Below are positions 21,696-34,064 of a stretch of 64,000 nt of DNA, in pieces. Position 1 is the first letter of the stretch, and every line of letters starts with the position of its first letter. Made by a program: the position numbers and the translations under genes. Below the pieces are notes generated by a model. That model was not told the DNA's origin, did not search any database, and saw only the letters and a list, made by a program, of their open reading frames with translations. Source of the DNA: Bilabrum cf. latius (taxonomy: Eukaryota); the NCBI GenBank assembly GCA_965178125.1, contig OZ237747.1, forward strand, positions 868,001-932,000, given 5' to 3'.

Positions 21696-23660
21696 GTTAT
21701 TGCAGCTGGTATTGCGATTTCTGCTGTTCAGGCTGCTGGATTGGACATGCAAGGCAGCAGCAGCCGCAGCTTGCGTTCAAGGACTACAGTGCAGCAAGCG
21801 GTGCGCCCGCATGCACATCTCATGCTGCCGCAACGAACGTACGACAATCTGCTAAACGTATCCGCTGTGCAGGGGGGTCAAGAGTATGCCTTCATGAACG
21901 TGCAGCTTGGCCAGGCCACCGAACCCGCGAAGTACGGGCAATCCGTGAAATTGCTCATGACCTTGCAATCAATTGCGTGCAACTACATCCTAAGCTACCG
22001 CGACAGGGGGCAGCCAAACGGCCAAGCTACGGGCCAGGCCTACCAGATCATCGTGATTTACCCGAACGGCACGTCAATTTCGTCCGCCGTGTCCAGCAGC
22101 CCCGCGATCTCCGTGACCAGCACAGCGCCTAATCCTGTAAACGTCACCGTCTGGGTGATGGCGGCTGGCAGCAGCAACGCAGGTGTGGCCGTGGGCGGCG
22201 TGCTGTCGTAGAGGTTTGACTCGAGCTGCATGAACGACGCACACAGGGCCAGCCAGGGACTGCCTCCATGGGATCCCAATATGCCGCTGCTGCGGATACC
22301 TGCCGGTGACCCCGTGCCTCTGACCGTGGAATAGATTTCTGCGAAAGGCCAGATCTTTCTGTCCGCGTAGGAAGCCCCGGCTCACGCCAGTATCATCGCC
22401 CACCTGCCACCCCACACGCTGCCGTTCACTATGTTTGTGCGTGGCCATAGCTGGAATACTGATGATTGCCAGGGACCCGTGTGGTATGAGCTGCAGGGTG
22501 CAACTGTGCAGACAAGTGTCAAGCTACTGTGTACGGCCAAGTACTCCGATGATCCGTGCGGCTACTTTGCTGATTGCGCCATCCCCGGAGATGAGCTGGT
22601 CGTGACCCTAGTGCACAACCTGCGAGGCATTAGGGGCAATTTCCCCGTGTCCGTGAGTCCTACCATTGTGGTGGGGCCCGCCGCCGATGGCACCGTGTCA
22701 GCGCCTGGTGCCGAGCCACCACGGCCGCCCGCCATCCCCACGGTGCACCACGACCCGCGACTTCGCCGGCAGCTGCTGGTTGCCAAAGACGACAATCCTC
22801 CTACGCTTCGACCCCCAGCGGAGGTAATATACGCGACCACTACCTACAGCACCGCTATCGCTGGCATCGGATTTGGCAGTCTTGCTGTGGCTCAGTATTC
22901 AATGTCCACACAATGCCACATTTACTGGCATTTCGTCCCGGATACAACCTCTGCGTATGTGACCAAGATGGTGCTAATCGTAGGAGGGCAAGTGATGGCC
23001 ACCTCGCTCTCGGAACAGGACCCGATGCTGGTATGGAACAGGAACGAAACCACTCCCGTGGATGTAACTGTCACTGTGCTAGCAGATCCCACCATCCCAA
23101 TTGGTGATTTCATCAACGGCACGCTGCATTTTCAGGCCAAGGGAAGCTGTGGAAGCTCGGTCAAAGCACTCGACGTGGCATATACGAGGCCAGCTCCAGG
23201 CCCCGTGGTGCTTTGGTACCCCAATATAGACGCATCGGACGCTGGGCTGCAAGGCAACATCGGCGCCACCCGGCTGACCGCCGTGGACTTCGAGGGCAGC
23301 GTCACGCCCGACTCCCAGGACGCGCCCCCCACCACCACGCAGGTGGTGCTGCTGTCACCCAGCGTATCCGCTGGCACCGCCATCAGCGTCACAGAATGGT
23401 CACAGGGCCCCGGAAAGTGCAACATGGAGAAACCCGGAGACCTTCCCGCCTACGTGTTTCGTTCGGCCACCACGAGGAATGGCACCAAGAAGGTGTGCGA
23501 CCCCAAGCCGTGCGAGGGCGCTCCGTGCGGATGCATCACCGGGTGCGCGCTGACAGATGACATGGTGGCTCTCGAGCTGACAGCGGACACGCCGGCCGCC
23601 CACCTTAATGCAAGCGTGCAGCTGGGCGCGTCGTGGAGCGCGTCTGTGTGGAACGAATAA
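21696..23660 (+). CDS. Probable secreted beta-rich protein of unknown function; first exon not located
   Basis: ORFs 21741..22211 and 22431..23660 are joined by three TAGs. A signal-like VIAAGIAISAVQA follows a possible acceptor (ttttcgtag). Contains Cys pairs and N-x-S/T sites; ends TAA. Confidence 0.7.
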
Positions 23661-23958
23661 GCAAGTGTCCGTAGTTCTAGGCTTGTGTCTAGCCTAGATC
23701 CGATTTGATACCTACATCCACTGATCCAGATCAGATTTGATCCAGGTGGCGAAGCCTCAGTGGCAAGAGTCTGCCACGCTGAACTGGTCAACGTAGATTT
23801 AGAGGTTGTCGCGACAAAATACAGCTTTGCGAGTCACAATATAGCCTATGAATTATACACACAATCCATGGATATCACAAGTGGTGACATGATTTCAACA
23901 GAGATCCCCGTGCCTTTGACGCTAGCTAGACCCGCCGGCTGCTCACACCTGTGACGGA

Positions 23959-26900
23959 TCAGCGAGACCCGACCCTGGAGCGCTTCGTGGACCCCCGGCC
24001 CCGCGCCCTGGACCGCTTTCGTCCAGCTGTCGCCGGGCCATCGTCATCGTCCTCTTCCTCATCGTCAGACTCATCAGAGTCGGCCGCTACGTCTGAGCCG
24101 GCGAGGGCCAGCACCCGGTCACGCAGTTCTGCAGCCCGCCATGATACTTTCCCGAAACTTGTGCTTGCAGCCCCTCTCGCAGCCATTCCGCTGCTGCTGC
24201 TAGCAGTGGCTGAGGCAGCTCCCTTTCCCGCACCACTCGTGGCCCCGATGGACCTCACAGCGTCAACCACGCCTCCGAGTTGCAGGGCTCGGATGGGAAA
24301 CGAGCGATGCAGCCCACGAGTCGTCTGCAGCTCCCAGTGCTCGGGGAGGACAGGGACATTACCTTCGCTTGCAGTCGCATCAAGTAGTGCCTGCAGCAAA
24401 GGAATCAGCCTGTCGGCGAGGACGCCTTGGCAGTTCGCAACGTGGGTCCGAAGCACCGCCGCCACCCAGCGAGCGATGTTGATCGCTGGCATGGTTGTGT
24501 TCCCCGACGAGGCTTGGTGCAGCAGAGCGCATGCCGCCGATAGCTTGGTCCGGGCTCCAGGTGGAACATGACCAGCAACTTTTGATGGGGTTACGACCTT
24601 GCCGAGCAGCTTGACGGCGACACTCTCGGTGTCCCTCGGCGGCACGACTGAAGGGGGGCTGTTACCCGGCATGCCAAAATCGTCGCGAAGCCATGAAACG
24701 CCGCAATTGCTCTCCTTGAGCGTCTTCTCCAGCCTACTGGCTCCTTCAGAGTTCGGGTCGCCCGAGTAGTCAAGCACCCTGATCGATTGATTGTGCTACA
24801 TGATCAAGGCAAGGTCCTCGCCGTTCTGCCCCTCACTCTCTTCGACATCAAAGCCGCAGAAAGACAGGTCCAGTTCAACGATGCTCTGATTTCTAGCCAT
24901 CGCGAACAAAACTGGATGCGCACCTTCATCAGGAAGCATGCAAAGTCCTAGCCGTAGCCAGCGCAGCGAGCGATTAGGTCGCCCAGTCCCGTTGGGAAAT
25001 GGCCCCCTGAGCTCCCGAATCGGGGGCCACTCGGGCCGCATCTTCTTCTTCTTTTTCTTGCGCCAACCGCCGCCAGATCCCCACCCGTACCCAAAATCGT
25101 CGTCATCGGCGTCGAGGTCAACGTCGAACTGTAGCATGTCCTCGTTGATCAGCTCACTCTCTGGAATCGCCACGTCCTACTGCTCCATCCAAGTGCCGGC
25201 TAGGTGACCTTCGCAAAGGACGCCGTGGGTGCCCTGCTCGCATCTATCAGAATCATACAGGGCCTATGAAAGTTCGTCGGGTGCAGGGAGGGTTGGGTCT
25301 ACCACAGCAAGGCCGAGCGCCATCCCGCCGTGGGTGCCGATTTTGTTCCTGCCAAGGTTTAGGTGCTCTAGCGAGCGGGTAGCGCGCAGAAGCAAGGCCA
25401 GCCTGCGAGCCCCGATCTCCGTCACGCCGGCTTGCAGCAGCTCTAGACGCCGAAGCCCCATGGGTCGCTCACCCACTCTATTCGCCACGTCATTCCACAT
25501 GTTCAGCATGGTTTCGTTCGACTACGCCGCCTCGCAGATGACTCTGACCCCTTCGTCTCCTAGAGTCGGCATGCCCAGAATGGCCAGCTCATCGAGGCTC
25601 CTGTGCCCGCGCATGGCACCACACATCTGGTGAAGTGCATCCTAGTCTGAATCCTCTACGCTGCACGCAAGAAACTTGAGGGCGCGAAGACCAGCAGGGA
25701 TGCTGCCTGGCCCTTCTCCAGCCCTTGCGCGGGCCTGCGCAGCGCGCGCCAGGGCGGCCGTTCGCTCTGCCCTTTCCTGCGATTCCACACGGCCACGGGC
25801 AACGGATTGGAAAGCATCCAGGATGAACGAAGGCAGCTTCTCTCCCCGGAGCTGGGCCTGCCGCACGGCCTCCGTGTTGGCATCGCTTGGATGCGGACCG
25901 GAATCGAGCGGCGCAAGCCCACTAATCTGCTGTGCCTGAAGCATCCGCGTGATGGACTGCAGAGCGGTCTTGCTGAGCGGCGCGGCGCAGAGCTCCAGCT
26001 GACGGAGCGAGAAGCAGGCTGGATCCAGCGCAGCTGCGGCTTCCGCAACCGCGGCTGCAGCTTGTTCTGCGAGTGTTCTTGCCCCTACAGTCTCTGCATG
26101 ACCTCCTTGCGCCATGCTGAGGCGTAGAACCTTCAGGGTCGGGTTGCCGCATGCCCCTGCAGGTGGTGATGCTGTCGCTGGGCCAGAGCTAGCAGCCGAT
26201 GCGGCCGAGGAGGAGGCGGCTGACCTCTTGCCCCTGCCTTTCTTCGCCTTTGACTTGACTGACTTCGCCGCCTTGCTTGACGCAGCAGCAGCCGCCGCTG
26301 GCTCAGCAGCATCGCCCAGCATCACGCGCCTAAGTATGGCACTCGTGCTCGGGCCAGCCACCGCCCCCTCCAGCTGCAGCTTCTCGAGCTGCCCGCCAGC
26401 AGCAGCCTGCAGCATGGCTTCGGTCATACCCGCATTGCCATCGGCAGTCGCAATGAGCTCCTTAAGCGATCGGTTTTCACGCATCGCCTGGCCAAGCGCT
26501 CTCGATGATCCCGGCCCGAGCGGTGACGCGAAGCGCAGGTGCAGCTCGGCCAGTGAGCATGACGGGTGGCTGAGAGCATCTGCCAGAGCCTAGACGCTCT
26601 TTGACGACTTGCCACGGGCTCCGTCTTTTTCTGGCTGGATTTCTGTCGCCTCGAATGACTGGAGTCGCACACCCGCGCAGGCTTCCTCGCCTTGGTCCTC
26701 CTCGTGCTGCTCGAACTGCTCACGCATGCCCTCAGCCAGTTGAGAGAGAGAGATGCCAGAAAGAGAGCAGCCAACAACGTCAATTTTGCTCAGAGGGCAA
26801 AGGGGAGAGGCCAGCAGCGCAGCAAGCGCCTTGGCGCCGGCACCTTTCAGGGCATCCGGGTTGCCCTGCAGGCTCAACTCTCGAAGCGAGCACGGCTGGA

Positions 26901-27480
26901 CTTCATGCGCGCTGGCACCGGCACCTGACGACGCTGACTTACCAGATTTGCGGCCTCTCTTTGGTGGGGCGGCACTGATGGCACCGGCCTGCAGCTCTTT
27001 GCAGAGAGCTTGGAGGCCCGCTGCCTCCGGGCAAGATATCATGAGCTCAAGCTTCTGCATGCTGCAAGCGCTCCGTAGCGCCTTCCCGAGCTGTTGGCAA
27101 ATCGCCTTATTAAGCTGAATATTCACGAACATACAGCTCTCCAGGCCTAGTTCTTCACTGCTGCTGGAACCGCCGCCGCCTTCTCGGATATCGGATATGA
27201 GCAACAGATCTTGGGTTCCTCCAAATCCCTACCGAAGGCGCATAAACAAGCTTTTCAAGCTCTTTGACTGTTTGATTAGCTTGAAAAAAATAGAGGTAAA
27301 CCCTTTCGCGGGGAAAGCATTGCTGTCATGCAACTACACATTCAACACTTCCCTGCGGATCCCACGAACGGAAGGAGCTACTTTTCGTTCTGCTGCCGGA
27401 ACAAACGCGCGCGGGTTTGCATCCAGAGTCTGCAAATACTTTCCGACACTATCCCAGCTTTCAATGCTTGTTAAATCCAT
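23959..27480 (-). CDS. RNI-like leucine-rich repeat protein
   Basis: Fragments 26590..27204, 25642..26484, 25264..25509, 24796..25173 and 23959..24777 share a frame and are joined by TAG. LRR motifs include LRELSLQGN, LEHLNLGRNKIG and IVELDLSFCGF. Ends TGA; start uncertain. Confidence 0.8.
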
Positions 27481-28165
27481 CACTGGTCTCCAACTCTGTT
27501 GGAGAGGACCAACGTGCGGGAACGAAGGCCAAATTGCACGCTACCACCGGCAAAAGCAGCGCGCCATCCAGACAAGACACGAGCTCTGTTAATTTTCCGC
27601 GTTTCGATGAATGAACCGCACTTTCAAGAAAGGGCCCGCACATGCTGCGAAAGGCCAGGTGCCTTCGAAATCACCGCACTGCGTTGCTAGCCATCGCGGT
27701 TGCCGGCCGGGCCCAACCCTCTGCAGAAAGACTGTATCTTGCCCACAAGCAGTCAAGCTTCACATGGCAAGCTACTGGGGGGACGATCGGCACTGGTGGT
27801 ACCACGCAGTCTGCCGGAGCCCGTTCAAGTTGCACCACAGCCGTCTGGGGTGCTCTCGTTGGGCCTCTCAAGGCGTCGTTAATTTCAGAGGTTCTCCAAC
27901 TCCGAACATAACACAACGTGTATCCAACACCTATGAATACAAGCTTCTGACGCTGATCCTTGTCAGATGAAAGATGAGCCGCAGAGTTGGTCATGGCTTG
28001 CACTAACGTCGACTGGCCAGCTTCTCGAGAGACAGGAGAGCAGATACGCTGCATGCAAACATGCGCGCACCAAGCGCGAGATCTCAACAAAGACAGTTGG
28101 ATCATATTAGCGGCCGCAGAGCCATTGTTACTTCGGCAAATATGCTTGTGAAGTTGCCTAGTCGA

Positions 28166-28420
28166 TTAGTGCCCACCAGACAAGTACTGATCGCGCTCCT
28201 CCTCGCTATGACTGATCTAATACAAGCAAAAGAAGACAAGGGCGACAGAACCAACAACAGCAGCAGCGGCAGATCCCCCCCAAATGTACCAATCATTGCT
28301 GATGGCTACGCCTATAGCAATTCCTACGATAAATACGATCAAGCAAAGTACACCACAAGAGCCAGCCATAAACAGCAAGAACCTGTCCTGAATAGCCTGA
28401 CACACAGACCATGAACACAT
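28166..28420 (-). CDS. Small two-TM membrane protein (84 aa)
   Basis: Two strongly hydrophobic helices; reading through TAG 28217 adds ISHSEEERDQYLSGGH before TAA 28166-28168. Confidence 0.5.
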
Positions 28421-28847
28421 GGTGTTTCTGATTCGCAGCTTTTTCTCTTAGCGGGCTCTTCGAATAGAATTGCAAGCTAAATTGAGCTTGGATCGTCTTG
28501 CGGTTTCTGACGTTCGTTTCAAGGTTCGTTGTGGTTCTCTTTCTCCGTGGTTACGTGTGAAACTGCATAGAATCCGATATATAGCAGAGGCTCGCATGAC
28601 CCAGGGATCCATAGGTTAGTGGGCCATCTTAATCGTGAGGGCCTCTGCTCACTATAATCAGATTGACCACTAAATATAAATTTGCACTCCGGCGCATTGG
28701 AATTCGATACACTGAGCGTGGTGCTGCAATTCAACGAGACGAGACGCTGGACAGATTGGACAGCGAATTGCCAGGTAGATCTAGCGTTCTCCAAACGCAA
28801 TTTAGACTGAGCACCGCGCAAGGCTCCCCAGCCCCATATTTCTTAGT

Positions 28848-31192
28848 ATGGATGATGATCAGTATACAACTGGTGAGTGACGAGAATTGGTCATACCTTG
28901 CTATGCGGCGCTATGCGGCAACCTTTTGCCAGCTCCCGTGCACCTTGCATCGTTCGTGCGCTTAGGTGTGTCACATCTCAACATAATTTAACCCTAATGA
29001 TGTGTGAAATAGCTAACTACTCTGCTGCAGGGGATGTCGGTGGTGCAGCGAGCCTAGTCGATGCCGGCAGCCACACGACCTCATCGCATGGACGTCTCGT
29101 AGCATCATGTGATGCTGATCGGAGTGCCAGCGCCGGAACCACTGTCGTACTCGGTGACGCAGCAGCCCAAAATGTAGGTTCCCCCGAGCTCGGGGCCGGT
29201 GTTGCAAGCGATGAGTGTGTGGCCGACGCAGCTTGCAACGGAGCACCCGCAACCACAGGGCTGGGCACCAGTACCGCTGCACGCGCTGGTGAGGACGGCT
29301 CGATACCGCCAGCGGCTGGATCGGCAGGGCCCGAGCCGACTGGCCTCCATGCCGTGCGGATGCTACATCAGCAAGCGCGGCGCCTGATGCAGAGCCGAGA
29401 GAGTACCGACGGCGCCATCCACCTGTTGTGTAAAGCGGAGGCCAGCCTGGAGGCCCTCGGACGCGTACCCGACCGCAATGAGCTGAGAGGGGCCTTCTTG
29501 GAGGATCTGGGCTCGTGCTACTTGGCCAACAAGGACTTCGAAAGAGCTGAGGCCGCGTCCAGGCGCTGCTCCTAGCATTGGAGCGAGGCACGGGGTGAAG
29601 GCTCGCGGGAGCATGCGAGGTCACTGGTATAGTTGGCCGATAGCCTCGCCAGGCAGGGCACCTACGCGAAGTACATCGAGGCCATCAGGCTGTACCAGGC
29701 GTGCAGTGGGATACAGGAGGCCACTGTTGGACGAAAGCACGCGGACTATGCCACCATTCTGCACAAGCAGGCGAACTGCGAGTGGCACTTCTGGAATGAT
29801 CAGAAGCAAGCGGCACTCAAGTCAAAGGTGCGAAATGCGTACCAGGTTGCTATGAGGGACCGCACCATCGAGCATGCTCTAACACGCATGGACGCAGCGC
29901 GCAAGATGCAGGAGGAGTGCCTGGAGATACGCTCGCAGATCCTTGGAGACAAAGATCCTGATTACATCGCCACTATGTAGAGCCTGGCGAGCAACCTATC
30001 TTGGATCGGCAGGTTTGCTGAGTCGTACGAGCTGTACTAGCAATGCCTCGTACTGCGGCGGGAGACGTGGGGGGAGATGCACCCCTCGTTCCTCAAGAAT
30101 GGTGAGGCGCACCAGTCGGTGTGGGTGCTCATTGCAAACCGCAAGTCTTGCCAAGAGTTGGTAAGGAAAGGGTATGACGCCCATACGCTGGCAGGTCAAA
30201 AACAGTAGCTCTAGCAGGAGCGTGAGGACATACGGCTATAGCACCAGATCTAGACAGAGATCATGAAGTGCATCCCGGCGCTGTCGAGTGATGGCACCCT
30301 ACCCGTGCCAGGCAGAGTCGAGGCGGACTATGCAAAGCGGCATGGTAAGTCGCTGCCGAAGCAGCTCGCTCGCATTCAGCGCCTGCGTGGACTTGGTCGC
30401 GGCACAACGGCGTGTATCCTGGAAGACATGGCCGCGCAAGGACTACTGGGGCAACGTCTTCACGGCACTAGTGGGTCCCGTGGGCAGTATGGTCCTGCAA
30501 AGGCCTCAAGAGGAGCAGCAGGCACCAGTGGGTCCCGTGGGCGGCATGGTCCTGCAAAGGCCTCAAGAGGAGCAGCAGGCACCAGTGGGTCCCGTGGGCG
30601 GCATGGTCCTGCAAAGGCCTCAAGAGGAGCAGCAGGCACCAGTGGGTCCCGTGGGCGGCATGGTCCTGCAAAGGCCTCAAGAGGAGCAGCAGGCACCAGT
30701 GGGTCCCGCGGGCGGCATGGTCCTGCAAAGGCCTCAAGAGGAGCAGCAGGCACCAGTGGGTCCCGTGGGCGGCATGGTCCTGCAAAGGCCTCAAGACGAG
30801 CAGCAGGCACCAGTGGGTCCCGTGGGCGGCATGGTCCTGCAAAGGCCTCAAGAGGAGCAGCAGGCACCAGTGGGTCCCGCGGGCGGCATGGTCCTGCAAA
30901 GGCCTCAAGACGAGCAGCAGGCGACAGCTCGGCTTCAGGCGCTTCTTGGCGGCGCAGTCCCAAGCGAAGCGGCACAGCTAGTGATCGCGCTCCTGGCACT
31001 TTTGCTTCCGCTACTTCCGGCCGCTGGAGGCGAGCGTCCCCTGGCGCGCGAGACGCTAGCAGCGAGTCGAAGGTGGGCAGGGGCCACAGCTTTGCCTTCG
31101 GCAGCCGGGAAGGCAGGCCCCGTGGCAGAAGTCCCGGAAGAAGCCGCGGTGGCAAGCGAGTAGCATGGGGTGGAAGCGGGTGGATGCGATAA
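28848..31192 (+). CDS. Tetratricopeptide repeat protein (kinesin-light-chain-type TPRs) with basic repetitive C-terminal tail; exons 28848-28872 and 29031-31192
   Basis: TPR motifs VGRKHADYATIL, ECLEIRSQILGDKDPDYIAT and CLVLRRETWGEMHPS. Fragments are joined only by TAG; ends TAA 31190-31192. Confidence 0.8.
28873..29030 (+). other. Predicted spliceosomal intron (158 bp)
   Basis: GTGAGT donor, GCTAAC branch-like motif at ~29012 and CTGCAG acceptor; the phase-1 join gives MDDDQYTT-G-DVGG. Confidence 0.65.
30464..30919 (+). repeat. Coding VNTR: 8 x 57-bp near-identical tandem units (GTSGSRGRHGPAKASRGAA)
   Basis: Unit ggcaccagtgggtcccgtgggcggcatggtcctgcaaaggcctcaagaggagcagca repeats every 57 bp from 30464 to 30863, with no spacers. 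Confidence 0.95.
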
Positions 31193-31468
31193 TCGCGTTG
31201 CGCGCTTGAGACGTGAGAAGGTGGGCAGAGGCTTTTGCAAGCTGTACCTATCCAAGTTCTGATTGTTACAATATTTACAGAGTTGCTTTATCAGGCCTGG
31301 CTGGCTTGGAGTTTTAAAAGTTCCCCGCTAGGTTCCTTGTGGTTCATTTTGTTCGTTCGGCAAGTCTGATATCCGTTGGTCGCACCACCGTTAGCGTACG
31401 CCTCCATCCCTTGCCATTCGGTGCATTTTGCAAGATTTTGTATCATATCGAGAGATTGCCTGAGGTTG

Positions 31469-33937
31469 ATGTCGGATTCTGAGTCGGGCCATGGAGCTTC
31501 GGACGAAGGCACGGGCGACAGAGCAGGTGCGGGATCAGGCAGCGGCGCTACCCAGGATATGCAACGTCACGGACTTTAGGCGGCTCAGTCCGATACAAAT
31601 GGCGGTCATTCGTCCCTGTCATCCCTTTCAGACTCGTTTGGTGGAGTTTTGCGAGCGTCCGGAGACGATGGGGCGGCTGGTATGAAACGCCAATCCGGCG
31701 TGGGGCATGGGGCTGGAAAATATAGCGGTGATTCGGGATCTAATTCGTCACCACTTGGTTCATCTGGTGGACAAGGGTAGGCATCGTAGCACGTTGGACG
31801 TGGAGATCTCTCTGGGCCTCTTGCAGGGCAGGGAGGTGGCTCGTTCTTGCAAACACCCGGGACATCCTTCACCGGAGTCGGGCCTGGCCTTGCTGACGGC
31901 ATTTCAACTCTGCCTCCGCATGCAATAGAGCCTCCCCTCCCAGACAGCATGTCGGGCAGCGGTGCTCGGGCCGAGTACGACCGGTTCTTGTCGCAAATCT
32001 CCGGGCTGCAAGGTGATCTCGGGCAAGCAGTCGCGCTGTGCAAGCAGCTGCGCGGAGAGAACGATAACCTGCGACAGGCTTTCGGGCGCGTGCGGCAGGA
32101 CGCCGTTCAGTTTCGCCGGCGGTGGGAGCAGGCGAGATCCCATGCCCTGCAGGAGGCAGAGGCCAGGGTGCAGGCCGAGCAGGGCCACGACGAAGCGATC
32201 CGAGAGTTCAGGGCGCTGCTGGAAGGAAAAGAGGGGGAACTTGCGGCGCTGAAAGACAGGCTGCTGGGCGATGGAGAGGCGTCAAGGGACGAAGCTGTGG
32301 TGCGGGCGAGAGTGGAGGAGGCGGTGGAGGCAAGGCACCGTGCGGCTCTAGACGAGGCCAAGGGGGCGCTGGACCGACTGAGAGGGGAGCACTTTTCGCT
32401 CCGGAGGGAACACGAGCTGCTCCGGGCGGAGGCCGAGCACGCAGCAGAAGACAGGGCCAAGGAGGCGGAGGCGACAGCGGAAGCGCATGCCAGGGGCACG
32501 CAGGCCCTCCGGGAGCGTGTGGAGGTGCTGCAGGACGAGAAGGAAAAGCTGCGCACCGAGGCACTGGAAGCGAGGCGGTCTACAAGCGACGAGCTCTTGC
32601 GGCTGAAGGCGCAGCTGCGCCAGGCAAAAGCCGATGCGGACCGAGCGTAGGCACACAGCAGAGCCGTGGAGGAGCAGGCCAGGTCCGCTGCGGCAGCCAA
32701 GGAACAAGCACTCCTCTCCGCGCAGCAGACGAAGGGAGAATCCGAAAGGAGGGCCCATCTGGCAGAAACAAAGGCGCGGGAGGCAGCGCGATAGGAGGCG
32801 CGGCTTGCCCAGCAGGCGGAGGACTGGCGCCAGAGGCACGACGTCGAGCGACGAAGGCGGGAAGAGGTGGGCAAGGTGGCGGAGCGGATGGCCCGTGAGG
32901 CCCAGGATAAGGCCGAAGAGGCCAGGCGGGACCACGAAGCAGAGGTCCTGAGGCTGCAGCGGCTCCTCGATGAGTCCAGGGAGGAGCAGACCGAGGGTGT
33001 GGCCGAGAGGCAGAGGCTGGAGGTCCTGCTGGACGAGGCAGCAGATAAGATCAGGCTGCTGTCTAGGAGCAGGGAGGAGGAGGTGTCTGCGGCGAGACGG
33101 GCTGCAGAGCGGGCGGGCGCGGACGCCACGGAGCAGCGGGCCATCGAAGACCAGCGCATGGGTGCGGAAGCCGCTCGATGGAGAGAGCGAGAGGCGGAGC
33201 TTGAAGCGGCCTTGGAGAAAGCAGTGGCGGACCGGCGCTCTGCCCAGGCACAGGCAGCCAAGTGGAGGGGGGACGCGCATCGAGCGAACGAGCGCGCCGC
33301 TGCCGCCGAGGCGCGCGCCGAGAAGGTGGGTGAGACTGCAGCCGGACGGTCTGCGGGCTGGCGCGAGATGGAAGGCGAGTACCGCGCCCTGCAGGCAAGA
33401 CACAGGGAGGCCATGCGGCGCGAAGCTGCGATGAAGGCCAAGCTGGAAGGGCTGGAGGGCCAGCAGGCGGGCAGGGACTAGACCCTGGCAGCAGCTCGGG
33501 AAGAGGTCAGAGAGGCTAGGGAACAGGCCAGGGCCGCGCAAGAGGGCGCGGACAAGACCGCCAGACGAGCTGCGGAGCAAGCCGCCAAGTCCGCCAGGCA
33601 GGCCATCGAGGCGGCGCAGGAGGAGGCCTCTGCTGAGAGCAAGCGCAGGCGAGACGCCGAGGTAAAGGGGGCCGAGTACAAGCGCAAGCTGCTGCAGGTG
33701 TACAGAGCTCTTAAGAGGTACCAAGCGCGCCTGTCTGCAGCGCAGAAAGAGGCTGAGGACAGCCGTAAATCCGCAGATGATGAGGCTAGAGGTCTGCGCA
33801 GGCGCGTGCGGCAGCTGGAGCGGGAGCGCGAGATGTTTCTGGGCAACGGGACGGGAGGAGCTGCTGGGGGTTCTGCGGTGGATGTGCCCGTCTTGGACGT
33901 CGGTGGCGGCAAAGGGAGTGGCAGCCGAGGCATCTAA
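31469..33937 (+). CDS. Long coiled-coil protein, CEP83 (CCDC41)-like centriole distal appendage candidate
   Basis: Fragments 31376..31579, 31847..32650, 32867..33481 and 33698..33937 share a frame and are joined by TAG. E/A/R-rich heptads; LRGEHFSLRREHELLRAEAEH resembles my recollection of CEP83 YNKLRYEHTFLKSEFEH. Ends TAA. Confidence 0.7.
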
Positions 33938-34064
33938 GGTGATCGTGTGGATTGTGCGGACCCTGCTCTCTGCTTCACTTCAGTACGAGCGAACACGGCT
34001 GACAAGAAATGTAGAGTGTTGAGGCCAACAAGCAAGCACAGAAGTTCACAATGGTCTTGACAGT

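Noticed and set aside
30464-30919. Possible CRISPR array
   Set aside because: The units are contiguous with no unique spacers, lie inside a eukaryotic CDS, and no cas genes are present.
32107-33724. Long minus-strand ORFs (444 aa and 458 aa), and similar shadow ORFs such as 40573..41565, 56968..58038 and 61752..62675
   Set aside because: These are antisense shadows of GC-rich real genes, with no recognisable motifs.
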